Source of the DNA: an uncultured Candidatus Saccharibacteria bacterium
GTDB lineage: Bacteria; Patescibacteriota; Minisyncoccia; Phycocordibacterales; PALSA-1337
Assembly (NCBI GenBank): GCA_964529025.1
Contig: CAZGUZ010000002.1
Coordinates: forward strand, 6,885 to 70,884
DNA length: 64,000 bases
Reading direction: 5' to 3'
Positions 19,455-29,500 of this stretch are shown one piece after another. Made by a program: the position numbers and the translations under genes. Numbering within the stretch: the first letter of the stretch is position 1; the number at the start of each line of letters is the position of its first letter. The notes beneath the pieces are model-generated. The model worked only from the letters and a program-made list of their open reading frames with translations. It had not been told where the DNA came from and searched no databases.

Positions 19455-20453
19455 CTATATTTGCTCAGCAAGGTTAATAAGAAGAGGAATCACCTTTTCG
19501 CGAGCATCTGCAATAGAACACTCTAAAAAGCACCCTGCTGCTTGCTTATGGCCACCACCACCTAATTCGGCAGCAACCTTGCTTACATCATACTTACTAC
19601 CATCAGAAGATCGTAGACTAACTTTAACTTTCATATGACCCTCTTCGACAAAGCCAGCAGAAATATGAGTACCCTTAACTAAACGCAAAACGCCTGCAAT
19701 ATAACTTGCTGAAGTTTTTTCATCAGGGATTTCGTACTTCTTTAACTCTTCGTGCGAAACCCAGCTCGCCATGACCTTTCCCCCAGCAAAAGATGTTGTA
19801 TTTGCTAAAGCAAGTGACTGGAAAGCAATATCGTGTACAGTAAGCTGCCGTTCAAAAACATCGAGTACTGCCGAAATTAAAGGGGCATGCTCACGGCATG
19901 AAGCCGCAGCTCGCAATGTTGCCCCAGAGCACGAAGCATACTTAAAGCCTCCTGTATCGGTATACATTCCAATAAACAAAAGTGTTGCTCGTTCTGGTGT
20001 TATTTTTTCTCCCCAGGCTTGTGCTAAGTCATAGACCATATGCGCGCAAGCTGGATAGGTGGCATCAACCCAATTGTATGTACCATAGCCAGCGTTTGAA
20101 GCATGATGATCGATAACAATAACATCAAGATTCTCGGGAAATTTTCCATCGAAACTTCTTGATATCATTTGCGGTGCTGAACTATCGAGCGATACATAAC
20201 AATCAAAATCGAGCAAAGAGACATCTGCAAGTTTTGCATGAGTCAACATTGAGCTTAGGGGCAGGCTTGCCAAGCTATCAGGCAGTGGAGAATCCCCTGT
20301 TATTACCGTCACTTCTTTGCCCCATCCTTGAATAATGTTTGCCAAAGTTACCGTTGAGCCGTAACTATCTGCATCAGGACTTGGATGCAAGTGCATTAAA
20401 ACCTTACGCTTTTTACTCAGAATATCTCGAATTTTTTCGGCATTATTATGCAT
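19455..20453 (-). CDS. nrnA: DHH-DHHA1 phosphoesterase (NrnA-like oligoribonuclease/pAp phosphatase)
   Basis: Carries the HPSPDADSYGS, DHHASN and GGGHKQAAG motifs typical of DHH/DHHA1 proteins. Confidence 0.8.
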   Translation of the reverse strand: MHNNAEKIRDILSKKRKVLMHLHPSPDADSYGSTVTLANIIQGWGKEVTVITGDSPLPDSLASLPLSSMLTHAKLADVSLLDFDCYVSLDSSAPQMISRSFDGKFPENLDVIVIDHHASNAGYGTYNWVDATYPACAHMVYDLAQAWGEKITPERATLLFIGMYTDTGGFKYASCSGATLRAAASCREHAPLISAVLDVFERQLTVHDIAFQSLALANTTSFAGGKVMASWVSHEELKKYEIPDEKTSASYIAGVLRLVKGTHISAGFVEEGHMKVKVSLRSSDGSKYDVSKVAAELGGGGHKQAAGCFLECSIADAREKVIPLLINLAEQI

Positions 20454-20456
20454 ATA

Positions 20457-23400
20457 TTATTTTTGTTCTGTAGTGCTGCCTGAAAAGTTTCCTGTTGATT
20501 TAATTTCGGTACCAGTGTTAATACGCAATATATACCAAGCTATAAGCCCAAGACCAAGTATTACAAATACAACAACAACGATTGTTAGAGCATGTGGATA
20601 CTGAACAGTAAAAGGAACCTTGGGTGGTACTGGCGCCATATACTCGGCATTAACTTTAACATCACCTAAATATGCTCGTACAACTTCTTGAGCCGAGATA
20701 AAACGTGCTAATTCTTGAGTGTCGTAGTTTGGAGCAAGTGCTCGTGGGTTTCCGTATACAAGTTCATAATTACCCGATACTGAGCCATCAAAAATCAAAG
20801 AACCGAGTGGTCCTTTTACACGCAATGTTTTACCAAAATCAAGTGGAGCACTATCGCCATTTGCAATAACTATTTTAATGTATCGAGCTACTACCGGAGA
20901 AAATTCAATAGTATTAATTGATCCTACAAATGTCTGGCTGCGGAGCGAATATAAACGGCCAACACCTGCCTGACTGTAGTCTTTTCCATCAACTGAAGTT
21001 AACACTGTTGCTTGGCGAGCAAAGTTACCTTCGCCCAAACTTACACCGATCTCAGAAACATTGTAGAGTCTACCAAGATCAGCAGTAACAACTGATGCTT
21101 TTGTCTTTGGATCAAGCGCCACAGTTTGTTCTACTGTATGAGTATATGTTCGAGGAATTACACTTTCTGCAGACGATTCGATTCTTACTCCATCAATTAT
21201 AAGTGCACCCTCAGTACCAGCAACAATCTCTATCTTAAGATAACGACTTGTCATCTTAGGAAGACTCACTGTTGTATATGCTTGTCGTACACCTCCAGAA
21301 ATATTTTCTTGGAAAGAATAAATATATCCTGCATCACTTACCAATCTCCACCCTGCACTATCTATACCCAGCTGAGCATCGGCAGCATATACCTTAACCT
21401 GTCGATTAAAATTATTATTGCGAACTTTGAGTGTTATACCCGAATAAACAGAATCTGTCCCGACATCAAGCAGAGCAAATGTATTTCCATCTCGAGAAGA
21501 TGTATTGAGAAGTTTTGCTTGTACTTCATCTGTTGCAAAAGTTGTTCGGTGCACAACTGCATACGAAACCTCTTCTATACCATTGCGTACAATACGAATT
21601 GATGAACCTTGTGGGTCTACACCAGTTACTGATTCAGGAATTACAACCTCAACAAAAGGTTGAGTGCTATTTGCTCCGTTATATTCAATATCTTGTGAAT
21701 ACTGCCACATTTGTGGCTCATATGCAGCCTGCGCAGCAGCTCCAAAGAGAGCTATACCGAGCACAAGAGCAGCTGTTGTTCCAATGAGGCGATCTTTGTA
21801 TTTTGCATATACGAATGATGCTATAAGAGCAAGTGCTCCAACACCAATTGTTGCCACTATTTTATAGATTGGACCGAGTGACCATACCCGAGCAATGACA
21901 AGAACCATGGTAAATACAAAGAGGACGAGGCCGAGTTTTCGTGGACCGGCAACTCGCTTTACAAAACCTACGAGCGTTAAGAATGCTGCATAAATTGCGT
22001 AGAAGATATAGATAATAGTATTTGCTGTATTACCAAGTTTCTCTGCAAGTTTATTGGCTTCTGCATAGGCCTCTTCTTGTACATTATCTGCACTTCTACC
22101 GCTATACATAAGTGCTGTTTGAGCTTGATTTGAAGCTCTATCATATGCAGCACTTGCCAAATATGAGTAGAACTTAGTTACCTGTGAAGTTACCGTAAGC
22201 AAGAAGAATACGTTTGCCACAACAAAGAATATGGTAATACCTCGCTTTTGTATTTCTTTTGTAATGCTTCCGCTGCGATAGTAAATGAAAGCAATAATAC
22301 CAGCAATGACAGTTGTGAGCATCATCGCAAAGAATCCTGTATTGAGGATTGGAACAAACGGTTTTGATGGATTAAACAATGTCCATTCATTAATGAGGAT
22401 AGAGCCGGCTCCAAGTGCAAATACAATTGCTCCCATAACCTGGAATCCACGATCTTGAATACGTGAAGCAAGATAGTACAAAACAAGAGATTCAATAACC
22501 CAAGCTACGCCGACCCAAACACCATCAAACTGCAATTGCACAGCAACAGTAAGGAATGTTGCCATAATTCCTGCCATAACAATTGATACATACACCTTTC
22601 CTTGAGTTACGGTGTGTGCAATATATGCTGCAATTCCAGCATGAAGAGCTCCGAGTACCGCACCAATTCCAAGGTAATCAGAATATTCTTCTACAAACAA
22701 GATGTACATAGTGACTGCCCCAAAGAAATAAGCGAGCGTTGCTAGAACAATACCTGTTTTATCATACTCACTTTGTGCCCGATTCATGAGTGCAATTCCC
22801 ATTCCTACAAACATTGTTGTCCAAAGGAGTGCAAATACAGCAACAATTGCCAACAGAGTATTACTGTACTCAGTTACATACCAAGAACTAAATGCAAGAG
22901 CAATGCCAATTGCGGGTAAATATGCCAAGTATGTCCAACCCCTTCTCAAAATAACTGCGGAAATTCCAATTGCCGCAATCGTAATGTATGCTGCCACACC
23001 AATGAAACTCGTAGTCTGAAGATCGAAAATAAGTGGAGCAAGGAAAGCGCCAATACTTGCAATGACAAGGAGTGATTGTGCTCGTAGAACCGTACTTACA
23101 ATACATACTACCGCTGTAATTACAATGAATCCCGCATAGGCGGCCGACATTGGAATAAGCTGATAAAAATCATAGGCTGCATACACTGAAAAATACAGTA
23201 TTGTTGCACCTCCACCCATAAGTACCGCTCCATATTCTTGATACTTTGCATACAAGTAATGACCTAGAGCAAATATACCCGCTCCACCAACTAAACCAAG
23301 CATGATTCTTCCTGCTTCGCCAATCCAATTATTATCAAAAGCATATTTCAAGAAGAATATAGCACCGAGCACAACTGCGCCAATACCGATTCTACCCAAA

Positions 23401-23762
23401 ATAACTCCAGCCGATTCTTCTTTATGAACTTCTACTTGTTGCGCCTGTGGTTGCGGTGCAGCAGTATTTGCATATGGAGCATAAGAAGCGTGTGGATTAT
23501 AACCACTTGCTGTTTTAGGAGCAATTGGAGGAATGAGTGGATCAGGCCTTACTGCACTTGGTGTTGGCTGTGCAGTATTTGACGAAGACTGAACAGTATT
23601 TGTCTGTGTATTTACCTGCACAGTTTGTTCCGGCATCTGCCGAGAAGTCTGATTTAAACGCTCAAAAGCGCGAACATCTTTTTCAAGAATAGTAATTCTG
23701 TGCGATTGTCGCATAAGAGCGATAATGAAAACTACACCTCCAATCAAAAAAATAAAATCCAT
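20457..23762 (-). CDS. 1101-aa polytopic membrane protein (>20 TM) with a ~400-aa extracytoplasmic C-terminal domain and a C-terminal TM anchor
   Basis: Highly hydrophobic repeated helices occupy residues ~120-700. A Q/P-rich linker lies near the N-terminus. It is possibly DUF2339-like, but the family assignment is uncertain. Confidence 0.55.
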   Translation of the reverse strand: MDFIFLIGGVVFIIALMRQSHRITILEKDVRAFERLNQTSRQMPEQTVQVNTQTNTVQSSSNTAQPTPSAVRPDPLIPPIAPKTASGYNPHASYAPYANTAAPQPQAQQVEVHKEESAGVILGRIGIGAVVLGAIFFLKYAFDNNWIGEAGRIMLGLVGGAGIFALGHYLYAKYQEYGAVLMGGGATILYFSVYAAYDFYQLIPMSAAYAGFIVITAVVCIVSTVLRAQSLLVIASIGAFLAPLIFDLQTTSFIGVAAYITIAAIGISAVILRRGWTYLAYLPAIGIALAFSSWYVTEYSNTLLAIVAVFALLWTTMFVGMGIALMNRAQSEYDKTGIVLATLAYFFGAVTMYILFVEEYSDYLGIGAVLGALHAGIAAYIAHTVTQGKVYVSIVMAGIMATFLTVAVQLQFDGVWVGVAWVIESLVLYYLASRIQDRGFQVMGAIVFALGAGSILINEWTLFNPSKPFVPILNTGFFAMMLTTVIAGIIAFIYYRSGSITKEIQKRGITIFFVVANVFFLLTVTSQVTKFYSYLASAAYDRASNQAQTALMYSGRSADNVQEEAYAEANKLAEKLGNTANTIIYIFYAIYAAFLTLVGFVKRVAGPRKLGLVLFVFTMVLVIARVWSLGPIYKIVATIGVGALALIASFVYAKYKDRLIGTTAALVLGIALFGAAAQAAYEPQMWQYSQDIEYNGANSTQPFVEVVIPESVTGVDPQGSSIRIVRNGIEEVSYAVVHRTTFATDEVQAKLLNTSSRDGNTFALLDVGTDSVYSGITLKVRNNNFNRQVKVYAADAQLGIDSAGWRLVSDAGYIYSFQENISGGVRQAYTTVSLPKMTSRYLKIEIVAGTEGALIIDGVRIESSAESVIPRTYTHTVEQTVALDPKTKASVVTADLGRLYNVSEIGVSLGEGNFARQATVLTSVDGKDYSQAGVGRLYSLRSQTFVGSINTIEFSPVVARYIKIVIANGDSAPLDFGKTLRVKGPLGSLIFDGSVSGNYELVYGNPRALAPNYDTQELARFISAQEVVRAYLGDVKVNAEYMAPVPPKVPFTVQYPHALTIVVVVFVILGLGLIAWYILRINTGTEIKSTGNFSGSTTEQK

Positions 23763-23765
23763 AAA

Positions 23766-24404
23766 TTACTTTTTAAAGCTATTATTAACCACTTGATACA
23801 CCTTTGAAACTTTAACTGTTGGCTCTGCTGTAAAAGGTTCACTCGGCTTTCGATCAAGAGTCGAGACTTGTATTGCATACTCCGAACCCTTTTCCATAAT
23901 TGGTGCCGCTACAGCTACCGTTATATTGTCGAGCTGCACTCGATCACCTAAAAATACATAGTCTTTCTGTACAAATCCTTGTTGAGTGTCGTTAAAACGA
24001 ACTATATATAAGAATGAACCTGAACCACCACCATTTACCACAAGTGGAACAAGAACATCTTTTCGTACAACTGTATTGTTTGCATCATACACAGGTGCCT
24101 CGATCACGGGGTCGCCCACTGCAACTGCTCCAGTTGTGGTATAAGCAACTCCATCTTCTGCTGGGATAGAAAATTCTGCTTGGCCAGAACTCAAAGTAAC
24201 CGCTACATCAAATTCAGGCACCTTAATACTCTGCTCTGCAATACGCTCATGGATTGTACCTTCAGTAGTATTAGTTGGACTACCGGTATTGGTATTCCAC
24301 AAGCCAAACATTAATGGTAATGCTGAAAGTATTCCAAGTGCAATAATAAGAGCACCAAAAACAAGGGTTGTATGAAATCTATTCATACGTATATTATACC
24401 CCAA
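23766..24404 (-). CDS. Hypothetical membrane-anchored extracytoplasmic protein
   Basis: Has an N-terminal TM/signal sequence and no recognisable motifs. It is packed between ndh and the 1101-aa membrane protein gene. Confidence 0.5.
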   Translation of the reverse strand: MGYNIRMNRFHTTLVFGALIIALGILSALPLMFGLWNTNTGSPTNTTEGTIHERIAEQSIKVPEFDVAVTLSSGQAEFSIPAEDGVAYTTTGAVAVGDPVIEAPVYDANNTVVRKDVLVPLVVNGGGSGSFLYIVRFNDTQQGFVQKDYVFLGDRVQLDNITVAVAAPIMEKGSEYAIQVSTLDRKPSEPFTAEPTVKVSKVYQVVNNSFKK

Positions 24405-25703
24405 TTATCGAGTCATGCGCACACGAGTTATGTCTCGAGGATATAAGAAGTCCAAAGCCCATTCAGCACCAATTCTGAGGCGCTTTCTGAGTGAGGCAAA
24501 TTTAAATAAATAAACCGTACGCCAGATTATCCAAGCAATAAAACCGCTGATAGTTATACCCATAATTTGACCAACTGCATCATAGGTACCAAGTGAAACA
24601 AGTACCCCTGGCGAAGAAAACTTAAAGTCTTTGAAATCAGTTCGTAGAGTTTTGCGCACATCAGGATGAAGCGTATGTGCATTCTTCATTACAAGATCCT
24701 TAATATTATGTGCGATTGTTGTAGCTTGTCGTACTGCTACTTGTGCCATCATTGGATCTGGTTTTTTGGTCGCTGCAACATCACCCAAAGCAAAGATATC
24801 GTAAATACCATCTACTTCGAGCGTGGGCTTTATGAGGATTCTACCTGATTTTGCAAACTGAGCGCCTTCAATATGCATTTTAACCGGCTTAACACCAGCA
24901 ACCCACAGTGTGAGCGCAGAGTGAATTGCTGTACCGTCGCCAAATTCCACATGATCATGAGTTACATTAGTAACCGTCGTTCCTAAATACACATTAACGC
25001 CTTTGTTTTGCAATCTTATAAGTGCAGCTTTGCGCACAGATGGATCACATTGTGCTAAAAGGTCAGGTGCAGCAGATACTAAATTAATTGTAATCTGATC
25101 TTTAGATATTCCTGTATTTTTATAGTAAGCGCACAATGTTTCGCGTACAAAATCAGAAAGCTCACCTGCCATTTCTACTCCTGTAGGACCACCTCCAATA
25201 ATACTAAAAGAAAGGTGCGCTGCGCGCGAAGCATGATTGTGTGACTGAGCAGCCTTTTCGCATTGATCAATAATTGCCGAGCGAATGTTAATAGCGTCTT
25301 CGAGACCCTTAAGAGTGAGCCCGAACTGCTCTGCTCCAGGAGTTCCATAAAATTGGGTTTCGGCACCAACAGAAACAACGCAATAATCATAACTAAAGTT
25401 ACCCAATCGAGTTTCTACAACTTTAGCAATTGAATTTACACCCATCACCTCGGTCTCTACAACATGAACATCCTCGCTTGCAAAAATCGTTCGCAATGGC
25501 TCTACAACAGAATACGGCGACAAACCCCCAGTCGCAACCTCATGGAGTAAAGGAGTAAAAACAAAATAATTGGTACGATTGATAATGGTAAGCTTAATGT
25601 GCTTACTGCGAACCAAAGGCAGAAGTTTTCGAGCGGTATATACACCACCAAAACCAGCCCCGACAATAATAACGTGTGCAGACATACCTATAGTATACAC
25701 CAA
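24405..25703 (-). CDS. ndh: Type II NADH dehydrogenase (NDH-2) / FAD-dependent pyridine nucleotide-disulfide oxidoreductase
   Basis: Contains HVIIVGAGFGG (dinucleotide-binding GxGxxG) and a second GGGPTGVE Rossmann motif. Length is ~430 aa. Confidence 0.75.
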   Translation of the reverse strand: MVYTIGMSAHVIIVGAGFGGVYTARKLLPLVRSKHIKLTIINRTNYFVFTPLLHEVATGGLSPYSVVEPLRTIFASEDVHVVETEVMGVNSIAKVVETRLGNFSYDYCVVSVGAETQFYGTPGAEQFGLTLKGLEDAINIRSAIIDQCEKAAQSHNHASRAAHLSFSIIGGGPTGVEMAGELSDFVRETLCAYYKNTGISKDQITINLVSAAPDLLAQCDPSVRKAALIRLQNKGVNVYLGTTVTNVTHDHVEFGDGTAIHSALTLWVAGVKPVKMHIEGAQFAKSGRILIKPTLEVDGIYDIFALGDVAATKKPDPMMAQVAVRQATTIAHNIKDLVMKNAHTLHPDVRKTLRTDFKDFKFSSPGVLVSLGTYDAVGQIMGITISGFIAWIIWRTVYLFKFASLRKRLRIGAEWALDFLYPRDITRVRMTR

Positions 25704-25708
25704 GAGTT

Positions 25709-26275
25709 TTAGTACTTACGTATTACACCCTTAACAACTGCCCCAATGCGCAAATCATGCTCTGGGTAAATTGGTTTATAGTTTTTATTTGCAGGTTCAA
25801 GCCAAATGCGACCAGATTTTTTTCGTAAATATTTCATTGTCCAACCACCATCGACTTCGGCAATGACGATGTCACCATCTTTAGGTTCGCCTTTACGCTC
25901 TGCCACAACTAAATCACCTTCATGTATGCCGGCTTCTATCATACTGTCACCCTTAACTTCAAGAACGTAGGTTTTTTCGGGATCACGGACTAAATACTCA
26001 TCAAAGCTAATAGTATCGAGTACGGCTTCTTCGGCAATAGTTGGCATGCCGGCTTCGACAAGACCGAGAAGTGGAACTTCGTTCATGAGGCGTACAGGTA
26101 AAAGTCTGCCTGAAGAGTCTTTTTCGAGCACTCCTTGCTCTATAAGCTTATGAACAATTTTTGAAACCGCATTCTTTGATTTTAATCCAATGAGGGTAGC
26201 AATTTCTTGGTAACTTGGCATGCGCTTTTCCCTCTTGTAAAAACCAAATATTGCATTTTTGTAATCTGAAATCAT
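25709..26275 (-). CDS. lexA: LexA repressor (S24 peptidase)
   Basis: An N-terminal winged HTH is followed by a VEAGMP...AG cleavage-site region and the catalytic Ser/Lys pattern KGDSMIEAGIHEGDLVV... Confidence 0.85.
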   Translation of the reverse strand: MISDYKNAIFGFYKREKRMPSYQEIATLIGLKSKNAVSKIVHKLIEQGVLEKDSSGRLLPVRLMNEVPLLGLVEAGMPTIAEEAVLDTISFDEYLVRDPEKTYVLEVKGDSMIEAGIHEGDLVVAERKGEPKDGDIVIAEVDGGWTMKYLRKKSGRIWLEPANKNYKPIYPEHDLRIGAVVKGVIRKY

Positions 26276-26276
26276 A

Positions 26277-26504
26277 CTAGAACATAAATGATGTTAGTGC
26301 CCCTGCAAAGCGAGCAAAGAAACTCTGTGTCTGAATTGGTCGAACTTTTGGTCGACTTGATAGATTTGAGAGCTGAGCCACAAGGAAGCGGTGTCGGCGA
26401 GCTTCATTTTTATAAGGGAGACCGCGTATAATCTTGAGGTCAATCACATCATTGAGATTGTTGATTTCACGCTGAATTTCTTGAATCAAAGTTGTTTTGC
26501 TCAT
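26277..26504 (-). CDS. Small hypothetical protein (75 aa), first gene of the LexA-box-controlled operon
   Basis: The ORF lies immediately upstream of lexA on the same strand and downstream of a promoter whose spacer contains a Cheo-type LexA box. Confidence 0.45.
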   Translation of the reverse strand: MSKTTLIQEIQREINNLNDVIDLKIIRGLPYKNEARRHRFLVAQLSNLSSRPKVRPIQTQSFFARFAGALTSFMF

Positions 26505-26530
26505 ATGTTGTATTGAATTACTATGTATAT

Positions 26531-26559
26531 AGTATAGGTGAACGACTGTTCACCGTCAA
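26531..26559 (-). promoter_or_regulatory. Sigma-70-like promoter (TTGACG-17-TATACT) with a LexA/Cheo box (GAAC-N4-GTTC) in the spacer
   Basis: The minus strand reads tTTGACG gtgaacagtcgttcacc TATACT. The operator gtGAACagtcGTTCac fills the 17-bp spacer, and the small ORF starts ~25 nt downstream. Confidence 0.55.
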
Positions 26560-26596
26560 TAAACAATGTGGACAACAACCATTCTAGAACACACTC

Positions 26597-29500
26597 TTAT
26601 CGTGAATTCAATATCTTGCGAGTATTTACTCCGACATATCCTCGCTGATCCAAACCATTTTTCTTTTGGAGTTCAATAACTGCTGCTTTAGTTTTTTCTC
26701 CATAATATCCAGTTACAGGACCTGCATAAACACCGAGTTCAATGAGTCGCTTTTGAAGCTCTTCTACTTCAGAATTCTCCATGCCGAATTCCAAAAAGTT
26801 TTTAAACTCAAATCGAGCACTCTGCTGTGGAATTTGCGGAACCACTTGTGGCACAGTCTGGGACTCAATGTTTTGAGGTGCTGGTACTGAAACTGGGTTA
26901 GAATCTCCTGAAATAATAGTATTGAGCAATTCGCGAGTTAATGGACCAACTGTACCTACACTTGGTAAGCCGTATTGCTTTTGCAATTCCCGTACACCGG
27001 CCAGAGTTTTTATTCCAAAGAATCCTGTTGGTGGCACATCTATCATTCCCCTTTCAAAAAGAATTGCTTGAAGCTGTCGAACTTCGGTACCGATAGAACC
27101 AACACTAAGTTGTTGTGTGAATGTTCGTGGATTATTAGATGATATTCCCTGAGAAGAATTTTGCTGACTTGTATTTGGTAGCACAGTTACAGCTGGGGTC
27201 TGCACTGATGCTGGAGTTCTTCCTACATACGTTCTACTTGATCCGCCACCGCGACGCGAAGATCTCGCGGTTGGCGTGGCTGGCGCTTCTACGGCTGGTG
27301 CAATTTGTGTTGTAAATGTCTCAATTGAAGACGTAGCTTCATTCGCATATGCATCTAAGCTTAATACTCGATAGTAGTATGTTGTACTTGCAATAAGACT
27401 CGACAAAGTTACGCTATGTGATGTCACCAACGAAGAGCCAAGTGTCGACAAAGAACCTAGACTTAATGTTGTTCCGTATTCAACCTGCGAATCCGAAGCC
27501 TCATCAGTCGTCCAAGTAATGAGAGCAGCTGTCGAACTCGTACTTGTCGCATTAACACTACTTATAATTGGACTCGTAAGATCTGCCGTAAGGTTTAATA
27601 GTGTCGAGACGGTGTTGGCATTTCCTGCTAAATCTGTATATGTAGTTGTGCCTAGGACAAGATTCATTGCACCTTGTGCAACCGGTGCCACATTAAATGT
27701 GTACACACTTTGAGAAGTTGTAGCAAATGACCCCACAGTTCCGTTTGTCACTGAGATATCATGTATTCCAAAAGTATATATATCACTTACACCCGTAACA
27801 GTGACAGTTGTTCCCGAAGATCCAACGGTACTCTGCCCAGCAGTAAGAGCAGCAGTTGGAGCTGTAGTATCAACAGTAACTGTTGTTGCACTTGAAGTTG
27901 CACTATAATCTGATCCAACTTGTTGCACTGCCGAAATTGCATAACTACCATCAGATAATGCTGATGAAGTAATTGTCCAAGTACCACCAGATTCTGAAGC
28001 AGAGCCAATGAGCGTACTACCCCCTTGATACAAATAGACCGTTGCAGAGGTTGATGCTGTACCCGTAAATGTTGGAGTCGTATCATTTGTAACTCGGTCA
28101 GAATTTGAAACCCCGGAATCAGAGGCCGAAGAAAGTGTCGGTGCAGCAAGTGTAGCTACAATTGCTTGAGTAGATGTTCCAGCGAGCGTTGTAATTGTTG
28201 TTCCACTTGATGTTGCAGTATTACCTGATGCATCCACTGAGACCACTCGGACATAGTACAAAGTACTTGTTGCAAGATCACCCACGGTAATATCATGCGA
28301 CGTGACCAAAGAAGGATTAAGTGCGGAAAGTGTTCCATAGCTCAAAGTTGTACCGTACTCCACTCGAGATGTAGCAGCCTCATCAGTTGTCCATGTAACT
28401 CTAATATTTGTTGTTGCTGTACTTGTAGCAGAAAGACTTGAGACAACTGGCGGTGTCGTATCAGCAACCTCACCCGTACCCACTACTGCCGAGTTTGTTG
28501 TTCCTGAACCTGTAACTGTCTGCACCTTGTAGAAATATTGTTGGCCAGTCTGAACATCGAAAGTGTCAACAAAACTTTCAGTGGTTGAGCTTAAATATTC
28601 AGAAACTACATTCTGCGTAAATATATTATTTGTTGCGCGCACTAAATACACATCGGCAGAAGTTGGCTCATTATTGTCCCATGTAACTGTCACAGTATTA
28701 CCCACTCGATTCACCGCAACATTAGTTGCAGCATCTGGACCATCGGTTGTTGGGAATTCAGTATCAAGATCCCAACTTGATTTCCATGGAATAGTCATAA
28801 TGGTACCTGTACCCATAGTAATTGGTAGCCAAACATGACGAGAACCGTACAATGAACCATTGTTTACATCGGTATAATTAAATCTATCTCCCATATAGAT
28901 ATAACTTCCTGCTCGGCCTGGAATTTCAAGAATATGTGTTGTCTGTGATCTAAAAGCAAGTGTATAGTCTTCTTCTGCACTTGGAAGGAATGGGTTAACA
29001 CGAGTTGACCATGTGCCAAGTACACCAGTTGTCGATGTTGCATACGTGTTCATGTTTGGAGCCCAACCTGAAAGTCCCGAGGTCACCAAATAGTGAATAC
29101 CGTTTCTGATAAACATAGCTGGGGCTTCGCGACCATTGTGGTTAGCTGGGTTTAAGAATGTTTCTGTAGTACCAAGATAATCATCGGTGAGCAAAGAGAT
29201 AAAGAACTTTGTATTGATACCGTTTGAATAAAGCACATATGCTTTACCATCAGCATCCTTAAAGAGGTTCATGTCGTTGAGACCTTCTCCATTTGGATTG
29301 TATGTTGTAGAAAAAATGGTAAATGGACCCGTTGGATTATCTCCGTATGCAATAAAAGCTCGAGAGTTTGGATAACTAATCACATTGTGACCCCACATAA
29401 CATACTTACTTGTTGTGGCATTGTAAATCACGTGTGGTCGCTCAATAATATGCAATCGTCCTCCGTAAACAATTGGTTGTTCTTCGGTCCAGTTCAAAAG

